Shown here: one piece after another, positions 56,037-64,000 of the stretch
Layout of the letters: each line of letters opens with the position of its first letter
How positions within the stretch are numbered: the stretch's first letter is position 1
Assembly: GCA_963666115.2 (NCBI GenBank)
Contig: CAXXET010000006.1
Coordinates: 160,001 to 224,000, forward strand
Direction: 5' to 3'
Origin: Dehalococcoidia bacterium
Lineage (GTDB): Bacteria; Chloroflexota; Dehalococcoidia; UBA6926
Length of the DNA stretch: 64,000 nucleotides
Made by a program: the position numbers and the translations under genes
Notes under the pieces: model-generated
What the model was told of the DNA's origin: nothing
Seen by the model: the letters and a program-made list of their open reading frames with translations, nothing else
Databases searched by the model: none

Positions 56037-57053
56037 CTAGGAGTGGCGTTGGACTACGAAGTCTATTATGTCTTGTAGGGATTGGAGGGCGGGGTTTGGG
56101 GGGCGGTTGATTTTGCTTAGGGCGTTGCGGGCGCGGTCTGCCAGGCGGTTGGCGAGGGAATAGGAGTCTTCGACGGCGTTGGAGTCACGGATGAGGGCTA
56201 GGGCTTCTTCGACGCATTGCTCTTTATCGTGCTCCGCCATGGTGGTTCGTTCGTCGCGCAGGTGGGCGAATGGGCCTTTCTCGTTCAGTTCCGGGTGATC
56301 GGCGAGATAGAGCAGGGCGGGGAGGGTGAGGATGCCGCCGCGCAGGTCGGAGCCGATGGGCTTGCCGACTTCAGAGGCGTCGCCCTGCAGGTCGAGGATG
56401 TCGTCTACCACCTGGAACGCGGTGCCGAGGCTCATGCCGTACTCCGTGATGGCGTCGATCTCCGCCTCGTTCGCGCCGCCAAGCACCGCGCCTGAGACGG
56501 CAGACGTCGTGAACAGTGACGCCGTCTTGCGCTCCACGCGCGCCCAGTACTCTTCCTGTCCGCCGGTCCAATCGAACGCCTGCTGGATTTCGCGGAGTTC
56601 GCCGTCGGCAAGGAGGCGCAAGGTGCGGGAGAAGAGGGTGATGACGCGGACGTTGTTGGTGGCGCAGACCATCTCGGCGGAACTGGCAAAGAGGTAGTCG
56701 CCAAGCAGGAGTGCGACCTCATCGCCGTGGCGGGCGTTGATGGTGGCGGTGCCGCGCCTTAGCGACGCCTTGTCCACGGAGTCGTCATGGACGAGGGAGG
56801 CGGTGTGGAGGAGTTCGACGGCGACGGCCATGGAGATGTGGATGTCCGGGTTGAAGTCAAATAAGTGGCCGGCGAGGAGGGTGACGGCGGGGCGGGCGCG
56901 CTTGCCCGGGGTGGCGAGGATGTAGCGGAGCAGCTCATCGAGCCATGGGAAATCGTCCTCGCCGATGGCGCCGAGGCGGCGTTCCACCTCCGCCATGTCA
57001 GGCTCGATCAGTTCGAGAAAGGCCGGGGATTTGGTCGATGTCGTGTTAGTCAC
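56037..57053 (-). CDS. Polyprenyl diphosphate synthase
   Basis: GKRARP, ELLHTASLVHDDSVD, RRG, GDYL, KTASL, AFQVVDDILD. Confidence 0.94.
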   Translation of the reverse strand: MTNTTSTKSPAFLELIEPDMAEVERRLGAIGEDDFPWLDELLRYILATPGKRARPAVTLLAGHLFDFNPDIHISMAVAVELLHTASLVHDDSVDKASLRRGTATINARHGDEVALLLGDYLFASSAEMVCATNNVRVITLFSRTLRLLADGELREIQQAFDWTGGQEEYWARVERKTASLFTTSAVSGAVLGGANEAEIDAITEYGMSLGTAFQVVDDILDLQGDASEVGKPIGSDLRGGILTLPALLYLADHPELNEKGPFAHLRDERTTMAEHDKEQCVEEALALIRDSNAVEDSYSLANRLADRARNALSKINRPPNPALQSLQDIIDFVVQRHS

Positions 57054-57083
57054 GGTTGTGCGGCAGGCAGTGAGCGCGCCTGT

Positions 57084-58775
57084 CTACGCCATCGTTTCGC
57101 TTTCGGCGCCCGCGCCGAGATTGGCCATCTCACGCGCGAGCACCTGTTCCTCATCGAGTTTGGCAAAGAGGGCCTGGGGCTGCGGGAGTGATGCTCCCGG
57201 CGCGGGGCCGACTGCCGTCCAGCCGGCGTCCTGCACGCCGCCTTCAAGTCCGAGCATTTCATGGAGACGCTGGGAACTGAACGGGAGGTACGGGGCAAGG
57301 AGGGTCTTGAGTCCGCTGATGATGCCCAGGATGGTGACGAGCGTGCGGGCAGCATCGTCGCGATCCTCACGGATGGCACGCCACGGCGCGCGGTCATCCA
57401 GGTAGCGGTTGCCTTCTTGCGCGAGACTCATGGCGACGTTGAGACCGGCGCGGAAGCGGCAGGCGGCGATTTCAGCGGCGGCTTCGTCGAGCGCCTCGTT
57501 CACCCGCGCAAGGAGGCGCGCGCCCGCCTCATCGGGCTGCGCGTCCGGCACGACGCCATCGAAGAATCGTTGGAGGAACGTGAGCGCGCGGTGGACGAGA
57601 TTGCCGTAGGTGCCGACAAGCTCGTTGTTGACGCGGCGCACGTAATCCGGCCAGGTGAACTCTGAGTCGGAGGTCTCGGGCATGTTGGCGGAGAGGACGT
57701 AGCGGAGAGCGTCCGGGTCATAGTTGGCGAGGTATTCCGGCACCCAGACGGCCCAGTTACGGCTGGTAGATAGCTGGTAGCCCTCCAGGTTGAGGAACTC
57801 GTTGGCGGGGACGTCCTCCGGCAGGGCAAGGCCGTCGCCGTAGGCCATGAGCATGGCGGGCCAGATGATGGTGTGGAAGGTGATGTTGTCCTTGCCGATG
57901 AAGTAGTAGGGTTTCGCGTCTTCTCCCCACCATGCGCGCCATGCGTCCGGTTCGCCCTTGATTTCGCCAGCCCATTCCACGGAGGCGGAGAGGTAGCCGA
58001 TGACGGCCTCAAACCAGACGTAGATCCGGCGATCCTCCCAGCCGTCCAGCGGGACGGGGATGCCCCAGTCAAGGTCACGGGTATAGGCGCGGTCTTTGAG
58101 GCCCTGTTCCAGGAAGCCTGTTGTGAAATTCAGGACTTGCGGGCGCCAATGGCTCTTGTCCTTGAGCCATTCCAGGAGGCTGTCGCCGTACTCGGAGAAC
58201 TTCATCATGAAGTGCGAGCGGGTGCGGAACTCCGGAGTGCTGCCGTCCAGCGAACTGCGCGGATCGATGAGTTCGCGCGGGTCGAGGGTTCGGCCGCAGT
58301 CGTCGCACTGGTCGCCGCGCGCGGAGTCGTTGTCGCAGTGGGGGCACTTGCCGTTGATGTAGCGGTCCGGCAGGTAACGGTTCTGCGTGGGGCTGTAGGG
58401 GACTTCGCTGGCGGTTTCGTAGAGCAGGCCCTTTTCGTGGAATCGTGTGAAGAAGTCCTGGGCGATGCGGTAGTGGTTCTCCGTTTCGGTGGTGGTGAAG
58501 AGGTCCCATGAGATGCCGAGTCCGTCCCACGATTCGAGGAAGCCCCGGTGGAAACGGTCGTGGATTTCACGGGGTGAGACGCCCTCACTTTCGGCGCGGA
58601 GGGTGATGGGCGTGCCGTGCGCGTCCGAGCCGGAGACCATGAGGACGTTGTTGCCCTTCATGCGGTGAAAACGGGCAAAAATGTCCGCAGGCAGGTACGC
58701 ACCGGCGATGTGCCCGAGGTGGAGGTCTCCGTTTGCATACGGCCACGCGACCGCGATCAGGATGTTGTCCGGCAT
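57084..58775 (-). CDS. metG: Methionine--tRNA ligase (short form)
   Basis: AWPYANGDLHLGH, GSDAHG, zinc knuckle, YVWFEA, GKDNITFH, LSTSR. Confidence 0.96.
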   Translation of the reverse strand: MPDNILIAVAWPYANGDLHLGHIAGAYLPADIFARFHRMKGNNVLMVSGSDAHGTPITLRAESEGVSPREIHDRFHRGFLESWDGLGISWDLFTTTETENHYRIAQDFFTRFHEKGLLYETASEVPYSPTQNRYLPDRYINGKCPHCDNDSARGDQCDDCGRTLDPRELIDPRSSLDGSTPEFRTRSHFMMKFSEYGDSLLEWLKDKSHWRPQVLNFTTGFLEQGLKDRAYTRDLDWGIPVPLDGWEDRRIYVWFEAVIGYLSASVEWAGEIKGEPDAWRAWWGEDAKPYYFIGKDNITFHTIIWPAMLMAYGDGLALPEDVPANEFLNLEGYQLSTSRNWAVWVPEYLANYDPDALRYVLSANMPETSDSEFTWPDYVRRVNNELVGTYGNLVHRALTFLQRFFDGVVPDAQPDEAGARLLARVNEALDEAAAEIAACRFRAGLNVAMSLAQEGNRYLDDRAPWRAIREDRDDAARTLVTILGIISGLKTLLAPYLPFSSQRLHEMLGLEGGVQDAGWTAVGPAPGASLPQPQALFAKLDEEQVLAREMANLGAGAESETMA

Positions 58776-58822
58776 GTGAGTTCGTTAACTATTCTAGCGG
58801 GCGCATGTCAAACGCGGGCGTG

Positions 58823-60058
58823 TCAGCCGCAGATGTCCAACGCGGTGAGGGCGAGAACGCGGGCAACCGTGAGCACATTGTCGATGGGTATAGTGCGCTC
58901 CGTGTTGGACGTTGGGCCGTAGACGACGGGCACGGAGCCGCCCCGCGCGAACCAGCCGGCGTCCGTCCATGCGTATGAGCCTGGGTCCTGCGGGCCGACG
59001 CGCTCCGGCGCGGTTCCGGTGACGTCCGCATGCCGCCGCGCGACTGCCTGGGGGAGCATGTGGTCGATGGGCGTATCGATGCCGTGGCCGGGCACTTTCA
59101 TGCTGCGCCAATCGTCCGTGTAGGTGGCCGGGGGGCCGGCGATCTCGATGCTTGCGCCGGGGTTGGCGGCGCGGACGCCCTCCAGCACCTTATCGATGTC
59201 GGACTGCGTTTGCTCCCAGTCCTGTCCGGGCACGCCGCGCACTTCGATGATCATGGCGCAGTAATCGGGCACGTAGGACGCGCGCCACTTGAGGAAATCC
59301 GTGCCGACGCCGCCGTTAATCGCGCCGATGATCATGGTGGGGAGACCGGGTGTGGCGGGGTGCGGCTGAGCGGAGAACTCGACGTTGTCCAGCGCTTTGA
59401 CCACGTCCGCCATGACGTTGACGGCGTTGACGTATTCGGAGCGGTGCAGCATCCCGATCCAGGCGGAGGCGCCGGTGACGGTGATGACGTACTGGCATGC
59501 GCCGGAGTGCATGGTGCGGACATCGAGGAACGACGGCTCGCAGACTATGGTGTAGTCGCAGCCGATTCCTCGCTGTACGAGGTCGTAGACGCCGACGCCG
59601 CCCTGCAACTCGCCAACTACGCCGGTGAAGAGCAGATCACCGCGGAGCTGCGCGCCGGAGCGGTGGACGGCGACGGTGGCCGCGGCTGCTGCGGCGACAC
59701 CGGCTTTCATGTTGACGAGGCCGTGGCCGGTGAGGCGGCCGTCCTCCTCGTGGCAATCCCACGGGTCCAACGGGTAGTTGAGCGGGACGGGGTCGATGTC
59801 CAGATGGCCGTTGAGCATGAGCGACGATCCGCCGCCGCTTCCGGGGATGCGAACGATAAGGTCGGGGCGGCCGGGCTCATCGGACACGTCGATGAGTTCA
59901 GTGGAAAGGCCGCGCTCATCGAACCAAGCGGCAAGGAAGCGCATGACGTCCGTTTCGCTGCCGGAGAAGCTGCGATAGCTTTGCAGGTCTTTCATCAGTT
60001 GAACGACCTCATCACGGTTGATGCCGTCCAAGGCGTCCTGTTCGTTCACAGTCGTCAT
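58823..60058 (-). CDS. M20/ArgE-DapE family metallopeptidase or deacylase
   Basis: LMLNGHLD, GHGLVNMKAG, VVGELQGG, CEP, WTDA. Confidence 0.88.
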   Translation of the reverse strand: MTTVNEQDALDGINRDEVVQLMKDLQSYRSFSGSETDVMRFLAAWFDERGLSTELIDVSDEPGRPDLIVRIPGSGGGSSLMLNGHLDIDPVPLNYPLDPWDCHEEDGRLTGHGLVNMKAGVAAAAAATVAVHRSGAQLRGDLLFTGVVGELQGGVGVYDLVQRGIGCDYTIVCEPSFLDVRTMHSGACQYVITVTGASAWIGMLHRSEYVNAVNVMADVVKALDNVEFSAQPHPATPGLPTMIIGAINGGVGTDFLKWRASYVPDYCAMIIEVRGVPGQDWEQTQSDIDKVLEGVRAANPGASIEIAGPPATYTDDWRSMKVPGHGIDTPIDHMLPQAVARRHADVTGTAPERVGPQDPGSYAWTDAGWFARGGSVPVVYGPTSNTERTIPIDNVLTVARVLALTALDICG

Positions 60059-60103
60059 TTCACCACCCCCATGCGACTACTCAGCGTCTACTATAGTTGC
60101 GTG

Positions 60104-60796
60104 ATGGACAAACAGTCACTGATGTCCAGGGTTCTTCATTCGGGCGCGGCGGGGGCGTTTCGGATTGGGTCGCGGCTGGCGGTGCATGGGCGGGAGAATG
60201 TGCCGGCGGCGGGGCCTGTGATTGTGGCGGTGAATCACACGCACAACATAGACCCGGCGCTGATCGGGGTGATCATGCCCTGGCCGGTGCGATTCCTGGC
60301 GAAACGGGAACTCGTGGCGGAGGGCACTGCCGTTACGCGGTGGATTGTGCGGACGTGGGGACTGATTCCGATCACGCGGGGCAGGCTTGATCGGGATGCC
60401 CTGAGAACAGCCACGGACTACCTGCGCGGCGGCGGGGCAATCGGGATGTTTCCCGAGGGGACGCGGAGCAAAGACGGGCGGCTAGGCCATGCCCGGGCGG
60501 GGACAGGATTCCTGGCCGTGACGACGGGCGCGCCGGTCTTGCCTGTGGGAATCGAGGGTCTTGCGGGGCTGGGACACAACCCGGCGTTCGTTGCCCGGCG
60601 ACCGCGTTTCACGGCGCGCATCGGCACGCTGCTGGACTTCTCCGACCTGGCGGAATCCAAGGCGGACGATCGGTTTGAACGCGCGACGGACGAGATCATG
60701 CGGGCCATCGCGGGACTGTTGCCTGAGCACATGCGCGGCTACTATGAGGGCAGCGCGCGGGATACACAACACACAGATGAGCGCGCGGGGCGGTGA
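60104..60796 (+). CDS. plsC: 1-acyl-sn-glycerol-3-phosphate acyltransferase
   Basis: NHTHNIDP (HX4D), FLAKREL, FPEGTRS, PVLPVGI. Confidence 0.9.
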   Translation: MDKQSLMSRVLHSGAAGAFRIGSRLAVHGRENVPAAGPVIVAVNHTHNIDPALIGVIMPWPVRFLAKRELVAEGTAVTRWIVRTWGLIPITRGRLDRDALRTATDYLRGGGAIGMFPEGTRSKDGRLGHARAGTGFLAVTTGAPVLPVGIEGLAGLGHNPAFVARRPRFTARIGTLLDFSDLAESKADDRFERATDEIMRAIAGLLPEHMRGYYEGSARDTQHTDERAGR

Positions 60797-60805
60797 GGGA
60801 CGTCA

Positions 60806-62668
60806 ATGGGCGCCATCGTGGGCTACGTCGGGGTTCGGGAGGCCGTGCCGGTTCTCCTCCAGGCGCTTTCGCAGGTGCGGGACCAGCGCTATGACAGCGC
60901 CGGCGTGGCCGTGCGCGACCCGGACGGCTACTTCAACGCCGTGAAAACCGTTGGACGGCTCGATGTCCTGGAGGGCGCGTTGTCCGAAGAACCGCCTCTT
61001 GGGCACATGGGCCTGGGGCACACGCGGTGGCGGACGCACGGGGCGGTGACGACTGAGAACGCGCAGCCGCACCTGGACCGCCATGGCCTGGTCGCTGTCG
61101 TCACGAACGGCATCGTTGAGAACCACGTCGAGCTCAAGACGGAGCTACAGGGTCGCGGCCATCGCTTCGTTTCGACGACGGACGCGGAGGTGATTCCGCA
61201 TCTGATCGATGAGGAACTGTCGATGGCGGGCGCGGAGGCGAGTCTGGAGTCCGCCGTTCGAGCGGCGATGGCGCGGACACGGGGAACGCTGGCTGTGGTG
61301 GCGGCGCGCGCGGAGGAGCCGGAGACGATTGTGGCTGCGCGGAGCGGCTATGCGAGCCGCCTTGTGGTGGGGTGGGGGAACAATGAGGCGTTCGTGGCGA
61401 GTGAGGCGGGGCCGCTGATAAGCACGGCGGACAGGATCGCGTTCCTGGCGGCAGGGGAAATGGCGATCGTGACGCCGCGCGGGGTGGAATTCAAGACGCT
61501 CATGGCGGGCGTTCCGATTAGCAAGCGGTCCATTTCGCCGTCGGAGGAGCCGATGGCGGCGGCGCGGGGCGGCCACATGACGTTCATGATCAAGGAGATC
61601 ACGGAGCAGCCGGAGGCGTGGACGGACGCGCTGCGGGGGCGGGTGGATTTCGACACGGTCTCCCTGCGGATGGAGGAACTCGACTCCATCCGGGATGTTC
61701 TCCTAAGCGTTGAGCGGGTGGTGCTCACCGGTTCAAGTTCGTCACTGCACGCGGCAGATGCCGGCCGGCTGTATATCGAAGAGTTGACCGATCTGCCGTG
61801 CCAAGTTGCCGTCGGTTCAGAGATTGTCTTTGGGGATTTTGAGCTTGGCCCAAATACCCTGTTCATCGCAGTGACGGCATCGGGCGAGACGCTGGATACG
61901 CTGGGCGCGATGACCCTTGCCAGTGAACTGGGCTGCCCGACGATCATGGTGACGAATGACGAGGATTCGACTGGGGCGCTGATGGCCGACAGCGTTGTGC
62001 CGCTGCGCTGTGGACGCGAGGTTGGGATGGCGTCCACAAAGTCGTTCACGTCGTCCGTGCTCACGTTCTACCTGATCGCGATGCATCTTGCTCTCATCCG
62101 GGGAAATGACGGCGCAGAATCCGTGCCCGGCCGCCTGAACGAACTGAGCAAGCTGGCGGGGTACGCGAACCGGATTCTCGAAGATCCCTCTTTGCCCTCG
62201 GCGCTGGCGACCCGCTATTCAACGCGACGCGACGCGCTGTTCCTGGCGCATGGACGGTTGTACCCGGTGGCGGCAGAGGGGGCGTGGAAGCTCATCCAGC
62301 TTGGGTATATCCACGCCACGGCGTACCCGGGATCGGAGCTCATTCACGGCCCCATCGCCCTCGTGAACGGGGATGAGACGCCCGCCTTTGCCATTGCGCC
62401 GCACGGCCCGGAGTACGGGCGCATGGCGCTTTCGGTGCGGCTGCTCAAGGAAAACGGGGGCGTGGTGGCGGCGATTTTGACGGAGGGGGACGAGGAGCTT
62501 GCGCCGATTGTGGATCATCCCATCTTCATCCCGGCGGACACGCCGCAGTCGCTGCTGCCGCTGGTGACGGCGCTGCCGGTGCAGTTATTTGCGTATTACG
62601 CGGGGATTCAGAAGGGGAACGAGGTGGACAACCCGCGGAATATCCAGCGGCTGGAGGAGTTGATGTAG
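60806..62668 (+). CDS. glmS: GlmS (glutamine-fructose-6-phosphate transaminase) homologue with substituted catalytic residues
   Basis: Full Ntn plus two SIS architecture (YDSAG, GHTRW, NGIVEN, MIKEITEQP, SGET, ASTKSF, HGP, NPRN), but begins MGAIVG rather than MCGIVG. Confidence 0.85.
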   Translation: MGAIVGYVGVREAVPVLLQALSQVRDQRYDSAGVAVRDPDGYFNAVKTVGRLDVLEGALSEEPPLGHMGLGHTRWRTHGAVTTENAQPHLDRHGLVAVVTNGIVENHVELKTELQGRGHRFVSTTDAEVIPHLIDEELSMAGAEASLESAVRAAMARTRGTLAVVAARAEEPETIVAARSGYASRLVVGWGNNEAFVASEAGPLISTADRIAFLAAGEMAIVTPRGVEFKTLMAGVPISKRSISPSEEPMAAARGGHMTFMIKEITEQPEAWTDALRGRVDFDTVSLRMEELDSIRDVLLSVERVVLTGSSSSLHAADAGRLYIEELTDLPCQVAVGSEIVFGDFELGPNTLFIAVTASGETLDTLGAMTLASELGCPTIMVTNDEDSTGALMADSVVPLRCGREVGMASTKSFTSSVLTFYLIAMHLALIRGNDGAESVPGRLNELSKLAGYANRILEDPSLPSALATRYSTRRDALFLAHGRLYPVAAEGAWKLIQLGYIHATAYPGSELIHGPIALVNGDETPAFAIAPHGPEYGRMALSVRLLKENGGVVAAILTEGDEELAPIVDHPIFIPADTPQSLLPLVTALPVQLFAYYAGIQKGNEVDNPRNIQRLEELM

Positions 62669-62672
62669 GGGG

Positions 62673-64000
62673 TTAGACGAGGACTCCTCCTTCGATTAGT
62701 TCGCGGATGTCTGCTTCGGAGAGGCCCAGGAGTTCACGCATGACGTAGTCGTTGTGCTGGCCTAGGGCGGGGGCGCCCATGCGGATTGCGCCCGGGGTGT
62801 CCTCAAGCTTCGCGCCATAGGAGGCGTGGCCAATGTCGCCCCACTGCGGCTCCTCATGCGGAACGTTAACGATGTAGCCGCGCGCGTTCATCGCCGGATC
62901 GTAATACACTTCCTCAGTCGTTTGGGCCGCGACGGCGGGCACGCCCTGCTTCTGGAGGGTCAACATGACCTGGCGGGGGGTCAGGCTACTCGTCCACTCG
63001 GAGACGAGCTCATCGAGGGCCTCACGGTTTGCGAGACGGGCGTCCAACGTGGCGAAACGCGGGTCCTGCGTCCACTCCGGCGGGTCCTGGTTGGGCGGGG
63101 TCATGCCGCGCACCAGTCCCTCCCACTCTTCCTCCGTGTGGCAGGCGATGACGCACCAGCGGTCATCCCCGGCACAGGGGTAGGCGTCGTGCGGGGCGGC
63201 GTATTCGCGCTTGTTGCCCGTCGGCTCCTGGTTGACGCCGTTGATGACGTAGTCCAGAAGAGGGACGCCGAGCGCGTTGGCCTGCGCCTCCACCTGCGAG
63301 ACCTCGATGCGCTGCCCCTGCCCCGTCCTGAGCTTGTGATACAGCGCGGCTTGCAGCATGTAGCCGGAGAGGCCGCCGACGAAGAAATCGGCATAGTAGA
63401 CGCCGCAGCGCATGGATGGCGGCGACTCAGGATGCCCCCAGAGGTAGGTGACGCCGGAGGCCGTCTGCGCCTGCAGGCCGAACAGCACGTGGGAGGCGAA
63501 GGGGCCGGTGCTGCCCCAGCCGGGCATGCTCATGTAGACGATATCCGGCTTGACGGCACGGATGCCCTCATAGTCCAAGCCCCAGCGGGTAAGCGCGCCG
63601 GCGGCGTAGTTCTCAACGACGGCATCGCTTGTCGCCGCGAGCTTTCGGACAATGTTCTGCCCCTCCTCGAAGTGGAGGTCAACGGTGATGCTCATCTTGT
63701 TGCGGTTGAGTTCCGGGTGCATGGGGAGGATGCCGGTGATGCGCGACGCGGGGTCGAACAGCGAGGATTCGATCTTGATGACGTCCGCGCCGAAGTCCGC
63801 CAACTGGCGCGTTCCGTACGGGCCGACCCAGATGCGCGTGAGGTCCGTGATGCGGACTCCCTCCATGGGCAAGCGTCCGTTGCCGGGGTTGGCCATGACG
63901 GGGGCTGCCGACGCCGATTGCGCGGCGTTGTTCGCTTCGGCAAGCACCTCACCGGTGTGCTGGCCGAGCGTCGGGGCGGGGCGGCGCAGGGACCATGGGG
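62673..64000 (-). CDS. CaiB/BaiF family III CoA transferase, tandem two-domain protein (5' end beyond the window)
   Basis: GVRITDLT, FGADVIKIES, NRNKMS, VENY, APALGQHN; the frame stays open to the edge, where RRPAPTLGQHTGEVL is the end of a preceding CaiB domain. Confidence 0.9.
   Translation of the reverse strand, partial: PWSLRRPAPTLGQHTGEVLAEANNAAQSASAAPVMANPGNGRLPMEGVRITDLTRIWVGPYGTRQLADFGADVIKIESSLFDPASRITGILPMHPELNRNKMSITVDLHFEEGQNIVRKLAATSDAVVENYAAGALTRWGLDYEGIRAVKPDIVYMSMPGWGSTGPFASHVLFGLQAQTASGVTYLWGHPESPPSMRCGVYYADFFVGGLSGYMLQAALYHKLRTGQGQRIEVSQVEAQANALGVPLLDYVINGVNQEPTGNKREYAAPHDAYPCAGDDRWCVIACHTEEEWEGLVRGMTPPNQDPPEWTQDPRFATLDARLANREALDELVSEWTSSLTPRQVMLTLQKQGVPAVAAQTTEEVYYDPAMNARGYIVNVPHEEPQWGDIGHASYGAKLEDTPGAIRMGAPALGQHNDYVMRELLGLSEADIRELIEGGVLV

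Noticed and set aside
62673-64000. Tandem CaiB fusion as a novelty
   Set aside because: Two-domain family III CoA transferases are common, and the gene is cut by the window edge.
1-64000. tRNA, rRNA, tmRNA or prophage
   Set aside because: No cloverleaf signatures, rRNA motifs, integrase or virion genes were recognised by eye; short ncRNAs could have been missed.

Overview
GC-rich bacterial chromosomal segment. I infer Chloroflexota (Dehalococcoidia/SAR202-like) from the Gram-positive-type LexA box, a DUF5671-like protein and the CaiB, xanthine-dehydrogenase-family and phosphotriesterase genes. The backbone is housekeeping: dnaG, dgt, purQ, cmk, ybeY-dnaX-ybaB-recR, recO, lexA, modABC, xth-pyk-lysS, rsmI, metG, plsC. 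No rRNA, tRNA or CRISPR array was seen. Accessory content: (1) two paralogous lipoproteins built from ~40-aa W-x-x-D-G helical repeats, one ending in an intact HExxH gluzincin-like domain and the other stopping exactly where that motif would be; (2) an intact IS5-family element between them, inserted into the loop of a palindromic repeat; (3) a full-length GlmS homologue with Cys1, Glu488 and Lys603 all substituted; (4) a DNA methyltransferase with a C25 tract, followed by a small PD-(D/E)XK nuclease and a Cys/His mini-protein; (5) two tandem desulforedoxin-like mini-proteins too short for the ORF track; (6) a divergent hicB-hicA-like pair; (7) abundant CGTC/TGTC-tagged palindromic repeats that supply stop codons or sit in frame inside genes; (8) several internally deleted gene remnants. 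All family assignments are from motif recognition by eye; no database search was run.
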